IMG/VR virus record: IMGVR_UViG_3300028592_000015
Location: 1-52,514 of that record
Source of the DNA: a virus
Lineage: Duplodnaviria; Caudoviricetes
Strand: one strand, 5' to 3'
DNA: 52,514 nt
The translations under genes were made by a program, and so were the position numbers. A model generated the notes under the pieces. That model saw nothing but the letters and a program-made list of their open reading frames with translations. It ran no database searches and was not told the origin of the DNA. Shown here piece by piece: positions 8,660 through 17,491 of the stretch (its first letter is position 1; every line of letters starts with the position of its first letter).

Positions 8660-8956
8660 AAATGCTTATCGGTAACTATTTTCGCACCGATCGCAAAAAC
8701 CGTATTGACGCGAACCGCGAACTGATATTGTTTGCGGATCAGGCAATTGCGCCGACCGACAGGAGACTACCCCATGGCCTCAGAGCCATCCGCCCAAGAT
8801 GGGCATTCCCCCAAATCTCGCGAACCACCATGTCGCTCCGATGACCGCGCCTGCAACGGCTGCATTTCATCTCAGGAGCCACCATGTTAATTCGACATTC
8901 GACCGGGCCACCATGCCGTCTGGTTCATTACAGCCAGACGGAAAGAGGAGGCACCG

Positions 8957-9214
8957 ATGCCAGGCCATGGCAAACGCTACAAGTTCACCCCGCTCACGGG
9001 CGCGCAAATCTCGGAAGAGCTGCGCGCTCTTGGTCTATCCGTGACCGAGGTGTCTCGGCTGGCTGGCGTGAACCCTGACCGATTGGTGAAGTGGATCAGC
9101 GGCGAGGAACCGAACCCGCCGCAACTGTTTGCCTCGTGGCTTGCCGCGATGGCTGTGCCGGGGGCACTTGAGGCCGCGCGGCATCGCGCCGATCATCTCC
9201 GCATCAATGAATGA
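8957..9214 (+). CDS. XRE-family HTH protein
   Basis: LGLSVTEVSRLAGVNPDRLVKWISGE HTH; GAGGAGG RBS. Confidence 0.75.
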   Translation: MPGHGKRYKFTPLTGAQISEELRALGLSVTEVSRLAGVNPDRLVKWISGEEPNPPQLFASWLAAMAVPGALEAARHRADHLRINE

Positions 9215-9337
9215 GCCGGTCGCTCTAGGAGCGCCGGCTGCAATTCATCTATCGTATCGCTGTTGAGGCCATTTATCGTGGTTTTGCGCAGGCTTGTCGA
9301 ACGACGTTTATGTCACCGATGAACACCGGCATTTGTG

Positions 9338-9835
9338 TCACCATACAGGCAGGCCAGACCTGTTGAGTTGCTTCGCAATCACATCAGCTGCGAAGTCCCT
9401 ACGCAGGCGGAACGTCGCTTCTGGCATACCAAGCCACTTCGCCACGTCTCTTCCGCTGTAGCGCTTCGCTTGTCCCTTTACGGCTGCAATCAGCACGGCT
9501 TGATGCTCTGGGTAGGCCGACACCATGCGCAGCCATGGCCTATGCTGCCCCATGCCGAACAATACCATGTCCGAGCGGCTGATGTCCCATGATGACGGCT
9601 TGATCTTGGCCACCAGCCGCTTGCGCATGGTCGTCTCGCCCTTCCGTTGGGCCTCTACTTCCATCAAGCGCTGTTCGGCTATGTCCGACTGGTCATATTC
9701 GTATTCCGGCATGGCTGCCTTCAGGCGCTTGTGCCCTACCCGGCCGGTGGTGGCGTCGAGCACGCGGAATGCATCAGCCAGCGCGCAGCGGACGAGCTTT
9801 GCGTCCCATTGTTTCGTCGTTGCCTTGTCCAGCAT
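9338..9835 (-). CDS. Putative late-gene regulator (Q-like position)
   Basis: Last early gene before packaging genes; C-terminal HTH (GRDVAKWLGMPEATF). Confidence 0.5.
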   Translation of the reverse strand: MLDKATTKQWDAKLVRCALADAFRVLDATTGRVGHKRLKAAMPEYEYDQSDIAEQRLMEVEAQRKGETTMRKRLVAKIKPSSWDISRSDMVLFGMGQHRPWLRMVSAYPEHQAVLIAAVKGQAKRYSGRDVAKWLGMPEATFRLRRDFAADVIAKQLNRSGLPVW

Positions 9836-10213
9836 TCAGCCCTCCAGTACCGCGGCATAGAGCCGGTCTTGTGCGATTTGCGTCAGGATGCGCGAACAAA
9901 GCTCTGGCATCTCCATGTCGCGGCCCATGGCCTCTTCAGCCAGCATTGTTCGGTGCTTGGCCGCCATAGGAACCGGGATCTTCGAATAGGTATGCATCGT
10001 CCCGTTCGCGTAGATGCCCCACTCGTTGAGCATGTGGGCAATGGTGTTCGCCGTGTGCGTCTCGCGCAGCGCAACCTCGATCGATGGGGCGGTGTAACCC
10101 ATCCCCGAATAGTGACCGATCCACGCGCACTTGCGGTTGCTCCATCTCTCGGCAAAGAGCGGCGCCCCAAGCCTGGGTAGTTCTTCCCCGAATAGGTTGC
10201 GGTCGCCGGTCAT
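9836..10213 (-). CDS. Hypothetical DNA-binding protein
   Basis: Coupled ORF with an RHH-like C-terminus. Confidence 0.55.
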   Translation of the reverse strand: MTGDRNLFGEELPRLGAPLFAERWSNRKCAWIGHYSGMGYTAPSIEVALRETHTANTIAHMLNEWGIYANGTMHTYSKIPVPMAAKHRTMLAEEAMGRDMEMPELCSRILTQIAQDRLYAAVLEG

Positions 10214-10557
10214 AGCCCGATGCACTCCTCGAACCACTTCCTGCCGGCTGGGCTGACCGCATAGACCCGGTGGCCAAGCCCGCCCTGATAGTAGCGGCGC
10301 AGATCGTCATTGCTGCCGCTGGCGCGCGGCTCCGCTGATATGGTCGGGGCGATGCTCTCGATTATCAGCCCCTTGCGCTCCAGCCACTTCACCGCGCCGA
10401 GGAAAGCCCCGCTGCCGGTCTGGGGCGGGAGGAGAAACCAGACGGCATCGGGGAAGGTGCCGCATTCTGACCGGCGTTGCCGGATCACGCGGTCATCCTT
10501 TTCGACCAGGCGCCACATGATGAAGAGCTTCTTTTCGTGCGGTGTCATCGCAGCCAT
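10210..10557 (-). CDS. Hypothetical protein (possible winged helix)
   Basis: Coupled ORF; 'LERKGLI...YAVSPAGR'. Confidence 0.55.
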   Translation of the reverse strand: MAAMTPHEKKLFIMWRLVEKDDRVIRQRRSECGTFPDAVWFLLPPQTGSGAFLGAVKWLERKGLIIESIAPTISAEPRASGSNDDLRRYYQGGLGHRVYAVSPAGRKWFEECIGL

Positions 10558-12947
10558 CAGAATGGTGGCTCCCCTGATGCCAGTTCTCTCTTCACGTCGT
10601 CAGGAATGCCCGCGCCGGGCTGCGCCTGTGGTCGCTCCTGCTCCTGCTGACGTGGCGGTCGTGGTCGATCGCTCTTGCCGGTCCACCACACGATGCGCTT
10701 ATCGTTATCCCGGCCCATGTAGCCGGCATTGATCAGCGCCATGGTGGTGCGGCTCAGGAAGTCGGCCAGTTCCTTTTGACGGGCCTCCTGCTCCTCTTCC
10801 GGGGCCTTGAAGCTCATGCGCTTGCGGACCTGTGCCACAAGGGCGCTCTGGGCCACGCATTTACTCACTGAGCCCGCTTCGACACCTTGAGGCATGTCCT
10901 GCCCATGATCGGCCTGCGCAGCCACCAGCGCGTCAAATACGAGCTTATTGCCGCCCTGCAGTCTGGTGACGTCCTCCTGCTGCTCGTGCTGGCTATGCTT
11001 CGCCGGCCGCGCGCAGATCATGGTGGTGAATGGCTCGCCATCCTCGTCCAGTTCGTTCAACGTCACCGGCTCGAGCACAAAGGCCCATGACTTGTTGCCG
11101 ACGCCGTTCTTGTTCTTGGCGAGGCGAGCGCGACGTATCGGCTGCCCATTGCCGTCGAGAGCTGGCTTTGGCTCTTCGCGCTTGTTCGGGGCCGGGATCA
11201 TCTGCTGGCGGAGCTCGATCACATTCGGCACATTGGCCACCAGGGCCGTGGAGCCGCGCACCTTCGTGCCGCCTGCATTCATGTGGTGGACCACGGCCAC
11301 GGTCGCGCCCGTGCGCTCCCGGATGCGATTGATGCGACCCAGAACCTTGCTGGCCTCGCCGCTGCTGTTCTCGTCCATGCCCTCGGTCGCCATTGAGAGC
11401 GTGTCGATGATGATAAACTCAAGGCTGCCGTAATAAGCTTTCCACTCGAGGCACTCGGCAATGAACCGATCGACCACGGCGTCATCCATGAGCGTGAAGC
11501 CGGTCCCGCCATTGGCAAATGGGTCCATGACGACATATGGGATATCTGCATCTGGGCTGATGCCCTGAGCCTTCAGACAGCCCTTGAAGCGAAGTTCGGT
11601 GCCCTTGCCATCTTCGACCGCCATATGGATCACAGCGCCCTGCCTGACCTTGTGGCCGGCATAGTCGAGGCCGCGGGCGATCTTCATGCCCATATCCATC
11701 ACGAGGAACGTCTTGCCTGCCATGCTCTCGCCGGCGAGGATCATGATGCCGTTGCGCTCGATCAGGTGCTTGACCAGCCAGTCATAGACGACTGGCTTCT
11801 TTGCGATGGCGCCGCTGGTCTGGGCTCCGAATGTGGAGCGGGGAGGCTTCTGTCGATAGGTCGGCAACTCGTCGAGGATGGCCTGCAACTGCTCGCCATT
11901 GCCGCCGAACTTCTCCACCCAGTCGGTGATGTCGCCCTTGTGGTCGAAGCCGGGAACGTGGTCGGCAAAGTTCAACACCCGAATGCGACGGGCAATTCCC
12001 TTCATGGACTGGGCAAGTTTGTCCGCACGATCGCCGGCTGCGTCATTGTCGAGGCAGATCACGACATCGGCGTCACGGAAGCAGGCGGCATGGGCATCCG
12101 TCCAGTGCTTCGAGCCGCTTGAATTGGTGGTGCCGCAGAAGCCAAGCTTGTCAGCGGTTTGGGCATCTTTCTCGCCCTCGGCCAAGATGATGGTTCGGCT
12201 CTCGGCAATGGCGATCTCCACCTGGGGGTGGTTGTATATGGTGTGCTCGACGCCTTCGGGGAATCGACGCGTCTCTCCGTTGGGCCATGTCTGGAATTTG
12301 TCATGGTCATATGCCGACCAGTCCTTGCCTGGGCCGGGACGCATGAAGTCGCCGGCCGACAAACCCCACACCCAAGACCCATCACCAAGTCCGGATGGTC
12401 GCCGCTGCAAGAACGTCTTCCATGTGCTGGTGCCGTCCTTCGTCAGGGCGAACGATCGGTCTGGCATCCTGATTTGAAACCGACAGACCTGATAGAGCAG
12501 GTTTCCGTCGCGATCTGGATAGTCGTAGGTCGCGACCATCTCGCGCCTGCCCTCGGCAGCGAGAGGCTGTGGGGGCGTTTTGCTTTGCCGTGGCTGTTCC
12601 GGTGGTCGCGCTGGCTTCCCGCCGCTGGCGCTGTTCTCTGGCAGCGCAATGCCGCCCATACCGGCCACCTCGGCAACAGCCGTTGGGAAGTCGACACCAT
12701 TCAGGGCCATGAGGAATTGGAAGTGGTCGCCTGAGGCGCCGCAGCCGAAACAATGGTATCGCCCCTCTTGCCCATCGGCATGGAAGCTGGGGCTGTTCTC
12801 ATTGTGAAAGGGGCAGCAGGACCAAAGGTCATTGCGGCCGGGATTGGACTTACCCTTGTCCCAAACCACATGCTGGCCGACCACATCGGTGATCGGAACC
12901 GCGGCGCGCAGCTCATCGAGGAAGGCTTCGGGGAAACGGTCGATCAT
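10557..12947 (-). CDS. Primase-helicase (CHC2 Zn finger, TOPRIM, RepA/AAA_25)
   Basis: CPFHNENSPSF..CFGC, EGEKD, DND, GESMAGKT, IIIDT, VHH. Confidence 0.93.
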   Translation of the reverse strand: MIDRFPEAFLDELRAAVPITDVVGQHVVWDKGKSNPGRNDLWSCCPFHNENSPSFHADGQEGRYHCFGCGASGDHFQFLMALNGVDFPTAVAEVAGMGGIALPENSASGGKPARPPEQPRQSKTPPQPLAAEGRREMVATYDYPDRDGNLLYQVCRFQIRMPDRSFALTKDGTSTWKTFLQRRPSGLGDGSWVWGLSAGDFMRPGPGKDWSAYDHDKFQTWPNGETRRFPEGVEHTIYNHPQVEIAIAESRTIILAEGEKDAQTADKLGFCGTTNSSGSKHWTDAHAACFRDADVVICLDNDAAGDRADKLAQSMKGIARRIRVLNFADHVPGFDHKGDITDWVEKFGGNGEQLQAILDELPTYRQKPPRSTFGAQTSGAIAKKPVVYDWLVKHLIERNGIMILAGESMAGKTFLVMDMGMKIARGLDYAGHKVRQGAVIHMAVEDGKGTELRFKGCLKAQGISPDADIPYVVMDPFANGGTGFTLMDDAVVDRFIAECLEWKAYYGSLEFIIIDTLSMATEGMDENSSGEASKVLGRINRIRERTGATVAVVHHMNAGGTKVRGSTALVANVPNVIELRQQMIPAPNKREEPKPALDGNGQPIRRARLAKNKNGVGNKSWAFVLEPVTLNELDEDGEPFTTMICARPAKHSQHEQQEDVTRLQGGNKLVFDALVAAQADHGQDMPQGVEAGSVSKCVAQSALVAQVRKRMSFKAPEEEQEARQKELADFLSRTTMALINAGYMGRDNDKRIVWWTGKSDRPRPPRQQEQERPQAQPGAGIPDDVKRELASGEPPF

Positions 12948-13270
12948 CTACCCACCGTCTCAATGCGCTGCTTTCGTGCCCGGAGAGCATCGATGCGCTC
13001 GATCATGGCGGTGTCGCCGCGCTGCTGGGCCACGAAATAGGAACAGCCGTAGCGGTCAGTCAGGATGGCGCCCTTGGCCAGAGCCAGTTCCTTCTTGCCC
13101 AGGCTGATGTCGTAATGCTCCCAGCTCGCCTTCGGCGGCTGCTGAAACCACTTCCGCTGGATGCCGATGGCATCAGCCATGGCATGCAGTTCATCGAGGG
13201 TGTCAGCAAACATATGGCACATGACCATGCGTCCGTATGGGAGGCGGATATCATCGACATAAACCGTCAT
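12944..13270 (-). CDS. DUF4031-family protein
   Basis: MTVYVDD...MCHMFADTLDELHAMA..IG...WFQ...HYDI. Confidence 0.85.
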   Translation of the reverse strand: MTVYVDDIRLPYGRMVMCHMFADTLDELHAMADAIGIQRKWFQQPPKASWEHYDISLGKKELALAKGAILTDRYGCSYFVAQQRGDTAMIERIDALRARKQRIETVGR

Positions 13271-13581
13271 GCTGCTTGATCCTCGACAGCCGGCTCTTCC
13301 TTCCGCTCGAGCTCCAACCTGATGTGAACCATGTGGGCCTCGAATGCCTTGGGGCTGCGCTTATGCAGGCTCAACAGCGTCTCGATATCGACCGGCGCTG
13401 CCCCGATCTCTTCAAGGATGCGCCACGCATCTCTCAAACCATCCATGTGGAGATTGTGCGCCCGCCTGATGTCGCCATCGGTATCGAGGCTCATATGACG
13501 CTCGAAGTCGCGATCGATGCGGCTGGCAGCGAGCTTCAGTTCTTCTTGGGCGGCTATGATGCGCTGGCGGAGGGACTTCAT
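13267..13581 (-). CDS. Hypothetical protein
   Basis: ATGA-coupled 104 aa ORF. Confidence 0.6.
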   Translation of the reverse strand: MKSLRQRIIAAQEELKLAASRIDRDFERHMSLDTDGDIRRAHNLHMDGLRDAWRILEEIGAAPVDIETLLSLHKRSPKAFEAHMVHIRLELERKEEPAVEDQAA

Positions 13582-14066
13582 CGATGCGTCCCCAGATACG
13601 CCTTGTCATGGTGGGCGGCGCAATATGGCGAACCCTCGATCGAGTGACGGCCGCAGAACCCGAAGCCTGGCTTCAGAGGGTCGCCAATAGGCCATTTGCA
13701 GGTGTGCTCGTTCAAATCGAGAATGCTGCCGATCAATGCGGTGACGTCATTGCCCAGATCAAGCAGGCCATCTGGATCGTCATTGAACTGTGGCCCCTTG
13801 GCGCGTGCCGCCGATACCTGGCGCACATCGATGCGAGCCTCGACCTTGGGCGGCTTAGGCTTCTTCGGCGGCGCTGGTGGCTTTGGCGTGCGTCCCTTGA
13901 GCTGTATCTTGCGGCGCGAGCAGTAACCGATGATGGTGTTCCGCGTGCAGTTCCGGAAGCTCCGGGCAATGAGCGAAGCAGGCTTGCCTTCGGTAGCCAA
14001 TGCCCTGACCTTCGCTGCGCGCTCGGCCTCTGGCGTTTCCGTCCAATCTGGAAGCAGGTCATGCAT
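13578..14066 (-). CDS. gcrA: GcrA-family cell-cycle regulator homologue
   Basis: N-terminal 'ASLIA...TRNTIIG' HTH and C-terminal 'LDLNEHTCKWPIGDP...FCG...PYCxxH...AY'. Confidence 0.88.
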   Translation of the reverse strand: MHDLLPDWTETPEAERAAKVRALATEGKPASLIARSFRNCTRNTIIGYCSRRKIQLKGRTPKPPAPPKKPKPPKVEARIDVRQVSAARAKGPQFNDDPDGLLDLGNDVTALIGSILDLNEHTCKWPIGDPLKPGFGFCGRHSIEGSPYCAAHHDKAYLGTHR

Positions 14067-15048
14067 GGGCGGGCTCCGCGAAAAGGTTATCGGTCTTGGC
14101 TCTTTCAAGTTCCGATAGGTTGCGAATAGCCTGTTTGAAGTAGGACGCCTTGAGCTCGAACCCGATGCCCTTGCGGCCCATTTCGACGGCGCTATAGACC
14201 TCGCTGCCGATGCCAAGGAACGGTGTAAGGACGGTCTCGCCTGGCATGCTCCACAGGTCGATGCATCGCTCGATAACGTCGAGTTGCAGGGGCGAGATAT
14301 GAACCTCGTCCTTTTCGTCGCGGCCGCCACGATACTGCAGGGTGCGGGTCTGGTTGATGTCCATCCATACCGGCGACGCGTACCGCTGCCAGACAAGGAT
14401 CGACTTCCACTTGTCATATGGCCATGGCTCGCGCCCATCGGCCCGGAACTGTGCGGCTTCGCGATCGTAGGCCTCACGGCTCACGTCAAGGCCGGTGCCA
14501 ATGTAGCGATCAAAGGGTCCATCCACCGGGTCGGCGTTGTCACCTGGCTTGCGGAACGTGACGATATAGTCGGCAAGCCCCTGCCCGCTGATCGTGCTGT
14601 CCTTCATGATCTGCGCATGAAGCAGGCGGATCGACTTGGTGCGCTGCTGCGCAACCACAGGGTCTTTCCAAATGCAAACCTCGGAGTGGAATATCCAGCC
14701 GGCGTCGGTGTAAGCTTGCACTACCTCGCCACGGAAATCCCGCATGCCGGTAAAACCATCGCGCGTCTTGCTGGTCGGCAACTGCATGCAATGAACGCTA
14801 TGCAGGCGCCCCGGCTTGGTAACCCGCAAAAGCTCCTGGATCAGGAAAGCGTAGTGGGTCCAGAACCCCTGCTTGTCGTTGTTGGAAATGTCCCGGTCGC
14901 TGTTGCTGAACCGGTAAAGACCCTCGAATGGTGGGGAGTGGACGCCGAAGTCGATGCTATCGCCGGGGATGGCGCGGATAAGCTCGCAACTGTCACCCTG
15001 GTAGATGGCATAGCGGTCGGTCACGACCTGATCGATCGCGTTGATCAT
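14059..15048 (-). CDS. DNA N4-cytosine/N6-adenine methyltransferase (beta class)
   Basis: SPPF motif IV near the N-terminus; VLTPFLGIGS motif I near the C-terminus. Confidence 0.9.
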   Translation of the reverse strand: MINAIDQVVTDRYAIYQGDSCELIRAIPGDSIDFGVHSPPFEGLYRFSNSDRDISNNDKQGFWTHYAFLIQELLRVTKPGRLHSVHCMQLPTSKTRDGFTGMRDFRGEVVQAYTDAGWIFHSEVCIWKDPVVAQQRTKSIRLLHAQIMKDSTISGQGLADYIVTFRKPGDNADPVDGPFDRYIGTGLDVSREAYDREAAQFRADGREPWPYDKWKSILVWQRYASPVWMDINQTRTLQYRGGRDEKDEVHISPLQLDVIERCIDLWSMPGETVLTPFLGIGSEVYSAVEMGRKGIGFELKASYFKQAIRNLSELERAKTDNLFAEPAHA

Positions 15049-16427
15049 GCTGCGGCTCCAATCCAGATTGGCAGGGTCATTGGTTCGGTGGGGAAATAAT
15101 CAGACCGGGTGCGGGACATGCCGCGGACGTTCTCGGCCGATAGGTCGGCCATGTGCTCTACCATCGCCGCTGCCATCCGCTCGGCGTCAGCTTCCTTGCG
15201 GCGAAGGTTCGCCACCACAGCGCCCTCGGTTTCGGCGCTGATGAAATGAACCGTGACGGGCTTCTTTTGCCCGAACCGCCAGAACCGGCGCTCGGCCTGG
15301 TAGATTTGCTCGAAGCTGTCATTCAGCCCGACAAAGCCGGTATCGGCACAGTGCTGCCAATTCATCCCGAAACCAGCTATCGACGGCTTGGTGATCAGGA
15401 CACGGATTTCGCCGGCAGTGAACGCCTTAAGCTTGGCTTCTTTGGCGTCGTCGGTATCGGAGCCTGAAACCTGCACAGCGCCTTCTATGGCGGCGCCAAG
15501 GCCCTCGCTCTCGCTGTTGAGATTGCACCACCAGACGAAGGGGCGGTCGGACGGCGTGATGGATGCGGCAAGCTCGACGCGCTGCTCTACGGTGTCCCGA
15601 CGCGCTGCAATGCGCTCTTGCATGGTGCGGGCCTCCATTGGGAACAGGAGGCCGGTGTCCATGCTCGGGGCGTATTCGGCCGACACGACATGCTGATGCC
15701 GCTTCATTGCCGGTAGGTCGTAGCCTTCGTCGGAATAGCCAAGGTCGGACGGCTTGCGGAGCATCACAGCCCATGAGGCCATCCACTTCCAAAACTCGTT
15801 TTCCGCATGGCCCTTCAGTCGCCACTTCTGCGTGTCGCCTCCGTCATGGGTGAAGAACGTCGCCAGCATGTCGGTGTAAGACATGGCGCCGATGAACTCG
15901 GCATGATTGCCAAGCTCCATGAAATCGTTGGGGGCGGGCGTGGCGGTCGCAGCAAGGCGGAAAGGCACGTCGCGGCAGTCATTGATCAGCTTGGTGCGAT
16001 ACACGCCGCCAGTGCTCTTGAGGATGGAGCTTTCGTCCAGCGCCACGCCGCCAAGTTCGCCCAAGGCAAACCGATCGATCTTCTGATAGTTGGTGACCTC
16101 GATCACACCATCAGATTGAGCGTTGACCACACGGGCGGGGATATCGAACGCGGACGCCTCGCGGCCATGCTGGTGCGACACAGCCAGCGGCGCGAGCAAC
16201 AGCACCGGCCTGCGGGTGTAACGCGACACCTCATGCGCCCAGACCAACTCCATCAGCGTCTTGCCGAGACCTGTGCCGGCAAAGATAGCGGCACGGCCTC
16301 GACGCAGCGCCCATTGGGTGATGTCGGATTGGTGCGGGAACAGATAGCTCGGAAGCTCGATGCGCTCGGTGATACCAGTGTCAGGATCAACCATGCGCTT
16401 GGCGGCGAGAAAGTCGTCGTAGTTCAT
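15045..16427 (-). CDS. SF2 (SNF2-like) helicase
   Basis: GTGLGKT, LDESS, TATP, GFGMNWQ, QAERRFWRFGQ. Confidence 0.9.
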   Translation of the reverse strand: MNYDDFLAAKRMVDPDTGITERIELPSYLFPHQSDITQWALRRGRAAIFAGTGLGKTLMELVWAHEVSRYTRRPVLLLAPLAVSHQHGREASAFDIPARVVNAQSDGVIEVTNYQKIDRFALGELGGVALDESSILKSTGGVYRTKLINDCRDVPFRLAATATPAPNDFMELGNHAEFIGAMSYTDMLATFFTHDGGDTQKWRLKGHAENEFWKWMASWAVMLRKPSDLGYSDEGYDLPAMKRHQHVVSAEYAPSMDTGLLFPMEARTMQERIAARRDTVEQRVELAASITPSDRPFVWWCNLNSESEGLGAAIEGAVQVSGSDTDDAKEAKLKAFTAGEIRVLITKPSIAGFGMNWQHCADTGFVGLNDSFEQIYQAERRFWRFGQKKPVTVHFISAETEGAVVANLRRKEADAERMAAAMVEHMADLSAENVRGMSRTRSDYFPTEPMTLPIWIGAAA

Positions 16428-17491
16428 GACGATACCGCCTCCTTGATCATCGACGTGATTTGCGGCCACTGCTTCAGCGCCCCGCGATACCGATCCATCG
16501 TGTCGAACCAGGCCCATTTGCGATCCAGCGTCATCAGAGGGCCGGGACCGGTTGGGCATGGAGAAAGGCTCTGATGGACATACCGAACAGGCTTCCCGAT
16601 CACGGCCTTCTCCCGCAGATAGAACCGACCCGTTGGCGTGGTGCGCGCTGGCCTGACTATCGGCGGCGGAAGTGGCAGCCGGTCGCTTGGCTTACTCAGT
16701 GGCGGGAGTTCTGGCTTTGCTGGCACCGAAGCACGGCGCCCGGTAATTCCCTTGCTGGTGGCCTCCGAAAGCTCCGCAGAGATCATCCTGCGAAGCGTGA
16801 TCCCGGCGCTCTTTGCCGCCCAATTGACGCTGGTGATCTTGGCGTCGATGGCGTCAGCAACTTCGCGGGCCGTGGCGTTTGGATGATCCGCGACATAGGC
16901 CGCGATCTTGTCCGCCATGGTGATGCGCTTTGCTGGCGCTGGCGTGTCCGCTGGCGGGGTTTCCGGCTTTGGCGCAGCCTGTGGCTCGACTGGCGGCTCT
17001 TCTGCCTCTGGCGGCTTCGCTACGGACGCGGCGAGGGCTTGCCGTGTCTGCGCCTTCAATGAGCGCTCGTAATCCCACCAGGACACCAGCTTGAGGCCCT
17101 TGCGGCTCGCTGTGGCGCGTACCGCGTCCTCGCTTATGCCGAGATGCTGGGCAATGAGCTTGGATGGCCAGTCTGGATGCTCGGCATGGGTAGCGAGAAC
17201 CTGAGCACGCTTGTTGCCGCGCTTGGATGGCTTGACGGACGGCGAAGTCAGGGAGGAGGTCGAAACTCCGCCATCCGTCGTGACGCCCGCCGCTTGGGTA
17301 GCGGGCGTATCGGCAGCCGGTGCATGAGGCTTGGAGGGACCCTCCGGCTGCGATGGGGTGATGCATGGGCGCAGCGCCGCGATGATGGCGGTCTGCGATA
17401 CGCGGTGAGTGCGTGCCTGCTCGGCGATGAACACGCCGAAGTCGAGGGCGATGGTGGTGGCGTCGTGGGCCGGGAGGATGGGGCTGATCAT
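16424..17491 (-). CDS. Pro/Ala-rich protein with two HTH-like segments
   Basis: HPDWPSKLIAQHLGIS and HPNATAREVADAI; coupled ORF. Confidence 0.6.
   Translation of the reverse strand: MISPILPAHDATTIALDFGVFIAEQARTHRVSQTAIIAALRPCITPSQPEGPSKPHAPAADTPATQAAGVTTDGGVSTSSLTSPSVKPSKRGNKRAQVLATHAEHPDWPSKLIAQHLGISEDAVRATASRKGLKLVSWWDYERSLKAQTRQALAASVAKPPEAEEPPVEPQAAPKPETPPADTPAPAKRITMADKIAAYVADHPNATAREVADAIDAKITSVNWAAKSAGITLRRMISAELSEATSKGITGRRASVPAKPELPPLSKPSDRLPLPPPIVRPARTTPTGRFYLREKAVIGKPVRYVHQSLSPCPTGPGPLMTLDRKWAWFDTMDRYRGALKQWPQITSMIKEAVSS

Noticed and set aside
8700-8735. Sigma70 promoter TTGACG...TATTGT
   Set aside because: Spacer is only 15 nt; too weak to call
14067-14477. N-terminal extension of GcrA to 299 aa
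   Set aside because: Overlaps the MTase; the GcrA HTH starts near 14066
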